This document shows, piece by piece, positions 57,373-64,000 of a stretch of DNA of 64,000 nt. The stretch comes from Acidimicrobiia bacterium. Lineage in GTDB: Bacteria; Actinomycetota; Acidimicrobiia; IMCC26256; JBMOIJ01. A program made the position numbers and the translations under genes. Numbering within the stretch: position 1 is the stretch's first letter; every line of letters starts with the position of its first letter. Where the stretch lies: the NCBI GenBank assembly GCA_049317385.1, contig JBMOIJ010000010.1, positions 527 to 64,526 on the forward strand, in the 5' to 3' direction. The notes beneath the pieces are model-generated. The model made no database searches and had not been told where the DNA came from. It saw only the letters and a list, made by a program, of their open reading frames with translations.

Positions 57373-58254
57373 ATGGCTTGGGAAGTCGACGAGTTCGTGG
57401 CATCCCTCACCGGCAAGAGTCCGGCAACGCGCGACGCCTATTCCCGCGACGTTGCGCAGTTCGTTGCCTGGTGTGACCGTGCGCAACTCGATGGCCCCAG
57501 CGCGATCGACCGCACACTCATGCGTCGGTATCTCGCGTCACTGCAGAACCGCGCGCTGGCGCGCCGTTCCATTGCGCGCAAGGCGAGTTCGTTGCGCGCG
57601 TACACGCGCTGGCTGCACAACCGCGGCGTGATCGCGCGCGACCCGGGTCGCTCGCTCCATGCGCCATCTGGCCATGCGCGCCTGCCACGCGTTCCCAAAG
57701 CAGTCGATGCTGCGCGCGTGGTGGAAGTCGACACCAGCGATGCAGATCACGATCCCATCGCATACCGAGATCACGCGCTCCTCGAACTGCTCTACGGCGC
57801 GGGCCTGCGCGTCAGCGAAGCCTGTTCGCTCACCATCACCGATCTCGACCTGAAGCGCCGTCTCGTCACGGTGCTCGGCAAGGGCGCCAAGGTCCGGCGA
57901 GTACCCATCGGCGAGCCGGCGGCCGCAGCCATCGACGTGTGGCTGCGGCTCGGACGGCCCCACTTCGCAACCGACACGAGCCCCGACACCGTGTTCCTGA
58001 ACCGTCGGGGCGGCGCTACCGGACCCCGGGACGTGCGCCGGCTGCTCGCGGCCCGGCCGCTGCCTGATGGGCAGGTGCTCCACCCTCACGCCCTGCGGCA
58101 CGCGTATGCCACGCACCTGCTGGAGGGAGGGGCCGATCTGCGCACCGTTCAGGAGCTGTTGGGCCACGCCGACCTGGCCACCACGCAGGTCTACACTCAC
58201 GTGACCCAAGATCGACTCCGTACCGTCTACGAGAGCGCGCATCCCCGTGCCTGA
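57373..58254 (+). CDS. xerC: Tyrosine recombinase XerC
   Basis: [26 protein letters not shown] and TQVYT. Conserved position near dprA and rpsB. Confidence 0.9.
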   Translation: MAWEVDEFVASLTGKSPATRDAYSRDVAQFVAWCDRAQLDGPSAIDRTLMRRYLASLQNRALARRSIARKASSLRAYTRWLHNRGVIARDPGRSLHAPSGHARLPRVPKAVDAARVVEVDTSDADHDPIAYRDHALLELLYGAGLRVSEACSLTITDLDLKRRLVTVLGKGAKVRRVPIGEPAAAAIDVWLRLGRPHFATDTSPDTVFLNRRGGATGPRDVRRLLAARPLPDGQVLHPHALRHAYATHLLEGGADLRTVQELLGHADLATTQVYTHVTQDRLRTVYESAHPRA

Positions 58255-59044
58255 ACCAACCACCGACGACTCAGCTGCAGTAGTCGCCCAACACTGGGAC
58301 GAGTACAAGAGCACTGGCACCATCGAGGCGCGTGAGCGACTCATCCTGCACTACTCGCCGCTCGTGAAGTTCGTGGCCGGACGTGTTGCGGCCGGTCTGC
58401 CGCAGAACATCGAACAGTCCGACCTGGTGAGCTACGGCATCTTCGGACTCATCGATGCGATCGACAAGTTCGATCCCGAGCGCGGCTTCAAGTTCGAGAC
58501 CTACGCAATCAGTCGAATCAAGGGTGCGATCATCGACGAGCTTCGTTCCATCGACTGGGTGCCACGGTCGGTGCGCGCAAAGGCGCGGGCGATCGAACGG
58601 GCGTACTCGAAGCTCGAGAACGAGCTGAAGCGCACCCCAAACGACGTCGAACTCGCCAAGGAGCTCGACCTCACCGAAGAAGAGCTGGCGCAGACGCTGG
58701 GACAGATCAGCTTCGTGGGTCTGGTTGCGCTCGACGAGTTGCTCGACGCCAGTAACAGCGAGCGCACGGGTGGCTCCACGCTGGGCGACACCATCTCGTC
58801 AAGCGACGTACGCCTCGACCCGGTGGCGTCGTTCGAAATCGACGAGATGAAGCACGTGCTCGCCGACGCCATCAACCGCATGCCCGATCGTGAACGTCTC
58901 GTGCTCACGCTCTACTACTACGAGGGCCTCACGCTCTCGGAGATCGGCGACGTGCTCGGTGTCACCGAGTCGCGCGTGTGCCAGATCCACACCAAGGCCA
59001 TCTTGCACCTCCGCGCCCGCATGGTGGAACCGTCAGCGCGCTGA
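58247..59044 (+). CDS. whiG: FliA/WhiG family RNA polymerase sigma factor
   Basis: [22 protein letters not shown]...[14 protein letters not shown] and [12 protein letters not shown]. Confidence 0.93.
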   Translation: MPEPTTDDSAAVVAQHWDEYKSTGTIEARERLILHYSPLVKFVAGRVAAGLPQNIEQSDLVSYGIFGLIDAIDKFDPERGFKFETYAISRIKGAIIDELRSIDWVPRSVRAKARAIERAYSKLENELKRTPNDVELAKELDLTEEELAQTLGQISFVGLVALDELLDASNSERTGGSTLGDTISSSDVRLDPVASFEIDEMKHVLADAINRMPDRERLVLTLYYYEGLTLSEIGDVLGVTESRVCQIHTKAILHLRARMVEPSAR

Positions 59045-59058
59045 AGTTGCGCCGCGAC

Positions 59059-59763
59059 TCAGCGGTACTCGGGGTTCACGAAGTCGAAGCGACAGCCGGC
59101 GTCCCACTCGCTGCGCTGGTTGCCGTGCGCCGGGATGCCGCCTTGGTCCTTCAGCATCCGCGCCAGGTGCATCAGGTTCCACGTCATGAAGGTGGTGTTG
59201 CGGTTGGTGAAGTCGTTGTCGGGACCGCCCGAACCCTCGTCGAGATAACTCGGGCCCGGCCCGGCTTCGCCGATCCAGCCCGCGTCGGCTTGCGGCGGGA
59301 TCGTGTACCCGAGGTGTTGCAGCGAATACAGGATGTTCATCGCGCAGTGCTTCACGCCGTCTTCGTTGCCGGTGATGATGCAGCCGCCGGTGCGCCCGTA
59401 GTACGCGTACTGGCCACGGTCGTTGAGTTGCGCACTGTTGCCGTACAGGCGCTCGATGATCTTCGTGCACACCGAACTCTTCTCGCCCAACCAGATCGGG
59501 GTACCGAGCACCAGGATGTCGGCGGAGATGATGCGCGGGAACAACTCCGGCCACTCGTCGGTGGCGAACCCGTGCTCGCGCATGTCGGGGTACACGCCGG
59601 GCGGTAGGTCGTGATCCACGGCGCGCATCACGTCGACTGACACACCGTTGGTTTCCATGATGTGGATCGATCGATCCATCAAGCCTTGCGTGTTCGACAC
59701 CTGGGGCGAGGGCTTGAGCGTGCAGTTGATGTAGACGGCGCGGAGGTCCGAGTAGTCGGTCAT
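59059..59763 (-). CDS. Flavodoxin family / NADPH-dependent FMN reductase-like protein
   Basis: NCTLKPSP, GTPIWLG, TGNEDG and PGPSY. Confidence 0.88.
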   Translation of the reverse strand: MTDYSDLRAVYINCTLKPSPQVSNTQGLMDRSIHIMETNGVSVDVMRAVDHDLPPGVYPDMREHGFATDEWPELFPRIISADILVLGTPIWLGEKSSVCTKIIERLYGNSAQLNDRGQYAYYGRTGGCIITGNEDGVKHCAMNILYSLQHLGYTIPPQADAGWIGEAGPGPSYLDEGSGGPDNDFTNRNTTFMTWNLMHLARMLKDQGGIPAHGNQRSEWDAGCRFDFVNPEYR

Positions 59764-59829
59764 GGCCGCAGACTCTATGACTGAGGTGTCCGGCGCTCAG
59801 GTGACCGGCCGACGATTGGTTGCAGGTCG

Positions 59830-60207
59830 CTAGCGCTCGCCGAGCGAGTGGGCATGGCGTCGCCGGGCGCGGGGGCCGCCTTCAGTGATTGCGATCTCGA
59901 CGGGCATCGAGTGTGGGGTGTCCTTGCGGTGCTGGCCGCTGTCCTCGGTGATCCCGAGTCGTTCGAGCTTGCGCTTCGCCTCGGGGTCGCCCGCTCGATG
60001 TTCGATCATCCATGCCCACCGGCGGACGAACGGCCCCACCATGATGCGCCGGCCGTTGACGATGGTTTCGTCGGCGATGCCGACGTTGAGCGGTTCGCCA
60101 GCCTGGAGCCCGCGCTCGTTGCGCAGTTGGCGAAGCGACTTCAGCGCCAGGTTGAGCTGTCTGGGGTCCTTGGGATCGAGGACGATGGGCTCGGATTGCT
60201 GCGCCAT
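59830..60207 (-). CDS. Hypothetical protein (125 aa)
   Basis: GAAGGA RBS before ATG 60207 and a natural-looking amino-acid composition. No recognised motif. Confidence 0.65.
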   Translation of the reverse strand: MAQQSEPIVLDPKDPRQLNLALKSLRQLRNERGLQAGEPLNVGIADETIVNGRRIMVGPFVRRWAWMIEHRAGDPEAKRKLERLGITEDSGQHRKDTPHSMPVEIAITEGGPRARRRHAHSLGER

Positions 60208-60288
60208 GAGGTCCTTCTCTCGCGCCGAATGGTCGCCCGAGGGTACCGATCGACGCCCGAGATCGCACATGTCGTCTCGGGGTGATCG

Positions 60289-60798
60289 ATGACGCGTGGT
60301 GCGAGCATGGTCAGGAGATGGGCTGCGCTCGGCGCGGTTGGTGTGATCGTCGTCGTCGGATCGCTGGCGGCGTTGGGTGTCCGGGCCGGAGCCGAGCAGG
60401 GCGAGGCGCTGCGGGTTTCGTGGGTGCGTCCCGTTGGCGGTCCAGTGGTCGAGCCGTTTCGGCCGCCGAGCACGCCCTATGGTCCAGGCCACCGCGGGGT
60501 CACCTTCGCCGTTGAGCCCGGGACGCCCGTCCATGCTGCGGGGGCCGGGGTGGTCACCTTCGTGGGCACCATTGCCGACGTGACCTGGGTGGTGGTCGGC
60601 CATGCGGGTGGTCTGCGCACCACGTATGGGTACTTGGCCACCACGGCCGTGGCCACCGGCGACCCCGTGGCCCCGGGGCACGTCATCGGCACCGTCGGGC
60701 CGGCGGGGCGGTGCTACTTCGGTCTTCGTCGGGGAGCCACGTACCTGGATCCGATGCGGCTGTTCCGACCTCGGATCCGGTTGGTTCGTCCCCGCTAA
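60289..60798 (+). CDS. M23/LytM family protein with degenerate Zn ligands
   Basis: N-terminal transmembrane helix, [14 protein letters not shown] and YLDPM, in the usual position before rpsB. Start may be 60307. Confidence 0.85.
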   Translation: MTRGASMVRRWAALGAVGVIVVVGSLAALGVRAGAEQGEALRVSWVRPVGGPVVEPFRPPSTPYGPGHRGVTFAVEPGTPVHAAGAGVVTFVGTIADVTWVVVGHAGGLRTTYGYLATTAVATGDPVAPGHVIGTVGPAGRCYFGLRRGATYLDPMRLFRPRIRLVRPR

Positions 60799-60802
60799 CC
60801 TC

Positions 60803-60962
60803 TCCCTGCCCGATGCGCCCTGCATCGAGCCGGACCGGGCCGATCCCGGGCCTCACCCACCGGCCGCCCAAGGTCGCGACGCCCCTCGGCGCCGTGCTCG
60901 GTCGGTGGATTCCGCTCCGGCGCGTCTGCGTGGGGGCACCACAACCAAGGGAGACAACCGAA
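60803..60962 (+). promoter_or_regulatory. Probable structured rpsB 5' leader
   Basis: TAACCT -10 at 60796, then a ~160-nt GC-rich leader ending in GGGAGA. rpsB leaders are established autoregulatory sites. Confidence 0.5.
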
Positions 60963-61904
60963 ATGGCCGTGACCGAGGCGAAGGCGCCCGTCGTCACGAT
61001 GAAGCAGCTCTTGGAAGCCGGCGTGCACTTCGGGCACCAGACCCGCCGCTGGAACCCCAAGATGAAGCGCTTCATCTTCGGCGAACGCAATGGCATCTAC
61101 ATCATCGACCTTCAGCAGACGCTGGAGCGCATCGACGCTGCGTACAAGTTCATCCGCAACACCGTGGAGAACGGCGGCACCGTGCTCTTCGTGGGCACGA
61201 AGAAGCAGTCGCAGGAAGCAGTCGAGAACGCGGCGAAGCGCAGCCAGTCGCCGTACGTGAACTACCGCTGGCTCGGCGGCATGCTCACCAACTTCCAAAC
61301 GGTGCACAAGCGCGTTGCGAAGTTGCTCGAGCTCGAACGCCAGGTGAAGAGCGGTGAGACCGACTTGATGGCCAAGCGTGAAGCGCTGCGCATCACGCGT
61401 GAACTCGACAAGCTCAACCGCAACCTCGGGGGCATCCGTGCGCTCGAGAGGGCGCCCGACGCCGTCTTCGTGATCGACACGAAGAAGGAGCACATTGCGG
61501 TCACCGAGGCGAATCGCCTTGGCATTCCGGTCATCGCCGTGGTTGACACCAACTGCGACCCTGACCTCATCGACTTCGTCATTCCTGGCAACGACGACGC
61601 CATCCGTTCGGCCAACCTCATGAGTCGAGTCATCGCCGACGCAATCGAAGAGGGTCGTCTGCTGCGGGCGAAGAAGGAAGCGCGTCCGGCCACCACGAAG
61701 GCGGCGGCCGAGCCGAAGAAGGAACTCACGCCCGAAGAGAAGGCGGCCAAGCAGGAACAGCAGGCGCAGGCGCGTGCTGCTGCCGCCGCCAAGCAGAAGG
61801 AAATCGAAGCCCGCGTTGCCGCGGCCAACGCCGAGAAGCGTTCTGCCGGCGCCGAGGGCGACGGTTCCACGACCGAGACCCAGGAGTCCGACTCGAATGG
61901 CTGA
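60963..61904 (+). CDS. rpsB: 30S ribosomal protein S2
   Basis: [19 protein letters not shown] and DTNCDPD...PGNDDAIRS. Confidence 0.98.
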   Translation: MAVTEAKAPVVTMKQLLEAGVHFGHQTRRWNPKMKRFIFGERNGIYIIDLQQTLERIDAAYKFIRNTVENGGTVLFVGTKKQSQEAVENAAKRSQSPYVNYRWLGGMLTNFQTVHKRVAKLLELERQVKSGETDLMAKREALRITRELDKLNRNLGGIRALERAPDAVFVIDTKKEHIAVTEANRLGIPVIAVVDTNCDPDLIDFVIPGNDDAIRSANLMSRVIADAIEEGRLLRAKKEARPATTKAAAEPKKELTPEEKAAKQEQQAQARAAAAAKQKEIEARVAAANAEKRSAGAEGDGSTTETQESDSNG

Positions 61905-62727
61905 TGTTTCCGCGAAGGACGTTGCGGCGCTCCGCAAGGCAACCGGCGCCGGAATGATGGATTGCAAGAACGCGCTCGCCGAAACCGACGGCGACCTCGA
62001 AGCGGCGAAGGAATACCTCCGCAAGAAGGGTCTGGCCGGTGCGGCCAAGCGAGCCGGTCGGGGCGGGAGCCAAGGTGCGGTCGACGTGCAGGTCGACGGC
62101 ACCGTGGGCGCGCTCGTCGAGCTCACCTGCGAGACCGACTTCGTGGCCAAGGGCACCGACTTCTCCGACACCCTCACCGACTTGGTGAACCTCGTGGTCG
62201 AGAAGGGCATCGACTCCGGTGACGCATTGGCGGCGGTTCCGTACGGCGCCAGCACCGTGGGCGAGGAAGTCACTCAGATGGCCGCCAGGCTCGGCGAAGA
62301 CATCCAGCTCGGGCGGGTGTCGCGTATCTCGTCCACCGACGGGGTGATCGACGCGTACAAGCACGTGCAGGCCGACCGTGGTGTCATCGGCGTATTAGTC
62401 GAGCTGACTGGCAACGACCGCGAGCTTGCTCACGACGTCGCGTTGCACATCGCGTCGGCCGCGCCGCGTTACCTCAGCCGCGACGACGTCCCTTCCGACG
62501 TCGTCGAGAAGGAACGCGACGTTCTCACTGAACTCACGCGCAACGAAGGCAAGCCCGAATCGGCGCTCGAGAAGATCGTCGAAGGTCGCATCGGCGGCTT
62601 CTTCAAGGAGATCTGCTTGCTCGAGCAGGGCTACGTGAAGGATCCCAAGGTCTCCATTGCGAAGCTCCTCGACGAACGCGGTGCTTCGGTGAAGCAGTTC
62701 GTGCGCGTCAAAGTCGGCGAGGAATAA
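61897..62727 (+). CDS. tsf: Elongation factor Ts
   Basis: [16 protein letters not shown] and [10 protein letters not shown]. Confidence 0.97.
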   Translation: MADVSAKDVAALRKATGAGMMDCKNALAETDGDLEAAKEYLRKKGLAGAAKRAGRGGSQGAVDVQVDGTVGALVELTCETDFVAKGTDFSDTLTDLVNLVVEKGIDSGDALAAVPYGASTVGEEVTQMAARLGEDIQLGRVSRISSTDGVIDAYKHVQADRGVIGVLVELTGNDRELAHDVALHIASAAPRYLSRDDVPSDVVEKERDVLTELTRNEGKPESALEKIVEGRIGGFFKEICLLEQGYVKDPKVSIAKLLDERGASVKQFVRVKVGEE

Positions 62728-62731
62728 CCCC

Positions 62732-63481
62732 ATGAGCGACGCCAAGTACAAGCGCGTCGTGTTGAAGTTGTCGGGCGAGTCGTTCGCGCCGCTCGACGTC
62801 GGATATGGCATCGACGCCGGGATCGTCCAACGCATCGCCGAAGAAGTGGCGGAAGCGCAGCGCGATCTCGGCATCGAGGTCGCCGTGGTGGTCGGTGGCG
62901 GCAACATCTGGCGCGGTCTGGCCGGAGAATCCCGGGGCATGGATCGTGCCCGCGCTGACTACATGGGCATGCTCGCCACGGTCATCAACGCCCTGGCGCT
63001 GCAGGACGCCCTCGAAGCGATCGGCCAGCCCAGCCGAGTGCAGACGGCTATCAACATGGCGCAGGTTGCCGAGCCCTACATCCCGTTGCGCGCCATGCGC
63101 CACCTGGAGAAGGGCCGCGTGGTGATCTTCGCGGCCGGCACCGGCAACCCGTTCTTCACCACCGACACCACTGCTGCGTTGCGGGCGGCCGAAGTGCGGG
63201 CCGACGCGTTGGTGAAGGGCACACACTCCGGTGTCGACGGCGTGTACAGCGCCGACCCGCGTACCAACCCCGACGCCAAGAAGCTGCGGACCGTCAGCTA
63301 CAAGGAAGTCATTGCGAACGACCTGCGGGTCATGGACTCCACGGCCATCACGTTCTGCATGGACAACGACTTGCCCATCGTGGTGTTCGACGTGAGCACG
63401 CCGGGCAACATCAAGCGAGTACTCCAAGGTGAGGCCATCGGCACCACCGTGAGCAACGAATCCTGGGGAGAAGCGCAGTGA
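62732..63481 (+). CDS. pyrH: UMP kinase
   Basis: [15 protein letters not shown] and [11 protein letters not shown]. Confidence 0.97.
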   Translation: MSDAKYKRVVLKLSGESFAPLDVGYGIDAGIVQRIAEEVAEAQRDLGIEVAVVVGGGNIWRGLAGESRGMDRARADYMGMLATVINALALQDALEAIGQPSRVQTAINMAQVAEPYIPLRAMRHLEKGRVVIFAAGTGNPFFTTDTTAALRAAEVRADALVKGTHSGVDGVYSADPRTNPDAKKLRTVSYKEVIANDLRVMDSTAITFCMDNDLPIVVFDVSTPGNIKRVLQGEAIGTTVSNESWGEAQ

Positions 63482-64000
63482 TCGACGACGCACTGGCCGA
63501 CTGCAAAGACAAGATGCACAAGGCGATCGAACACGTGCGCGACGAGTTCGTGGCCGTGCGTACCGGCCGCGCCAATCCGGCGGTGGTCGAGAAGCTCACC
63601 GCCGAGTACTACGGCACGCCCACGCCGATTCAGCAGCTGGCCGGTATCTCGGTGCCGGAGCCTCGGGTCATGGTGATTTCGCCGTATGACCAGGGCGCGC
63701 TGAAGCCCATCGAGAAGGCCATCCAGAACAGTGACCTTGGCGTGAACCCCAGCAACGACGGCAAGATCATCCGGCTGGTGTTCCCCGAGTTGAACGAAGA
63801 GCGCCGCAGGGAACTCGTGAAGGTCGTCAAGCAGCGGGCCGAAGACGGGCGCGTGGCCGTGCGCAACATCCGGCGCGAGGCCAAGCAGAAGATCGAGAAA
63901 CTCGAAAAGGACGGCGAGATCGGGAAGGACGATCTCGAGCGGGCCGAGAAAGAACTCGAGAAGGTCACCGCAGGATTCGTCGCCGAGGTCGACAAGATGC
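63478..64000 (+). CDS. frr: Ribosome recycling factor (3' end runs off the window)
   Basis: Hand translation gives [24 protein letters not shown] and AVRNIRR. GTGA overlap with pyrH. Confidence 0.96.
   Translation, partial: MIDDALADCKDKMHKAIEHVRDEFVAVRTGRANPAVVEKLTAEYYGTPTPIQQLAGISVPEPRVMVISPYDQGALKPIEKAIQNSDLGVNPSNDGKIIRLVFPELNEERRRELVKVVKQRAEDGRVAVRNIRREAKQKIEKLEKDGEIGKDDLERAEKELEKVTAGFVAEVDKM

Noticed and set aside
57373-58254. Tyrosine recombinase as a prophage/ICE integrase or as the invertase for comM-dprA
   Set aside because: Size, motifs and position match housekeeping XerC. I saw no att repeats, tRNA target, cargo genes or flanking inverted repeats.

Overview
This is a high-GC actinobacterial chromosomal window. 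Gene content and order (plsX-acpP-rnc, DUF2469, WhiG-type sigma factor, MhuD-like protein, GTP-type PEPCK) fit a deep-branching Actinomycetota lineage such as Acidimicrobiia; that assignment is inference. The window is mostly core genome: nrdAB, purK, gltB, uvrD2, galK/galT, ddl, pckG, the rpmB-DAK2-recG-rsmD-coaD-rpmF-plsX-acpP-rnc-mutM-smc-ftsY-ffh-rpsP-rimM-trmD-rplS block, comM-dprA, xerC-whiG and rpsB-tsf-pyrH-frr. I found no rRNA, tRNA, CRISPR array, IS element or prophage. The most interesting signals are non-coding or involve degenerate enzymes. (1) An unannotated ~270-nt structured RNA candidate with its own sigma-A promoter and terminator-like hairpin lies upstream of uvrD2. (2) The gltB leader is packed with ANTAR-like hexaloop hairpins, and no gltD is adjacent. 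(3) A TGTCACACC-N7-(T/G)ANNNT promoter (PafBC/RecA-independent-like) recurs before nrdAB, uvrD2 and an inverted comM-dprA pair. (4) There is an orphan protein with a PD-(D/E)XK nuclease motif. (5) A pseudo-histidine kinase and a PAS-GGDEF gene carry candidate WhiG promoters. (6) Two REP-like palindrome families are present. All gene calls come from motif recognition by eye; no database search was run.
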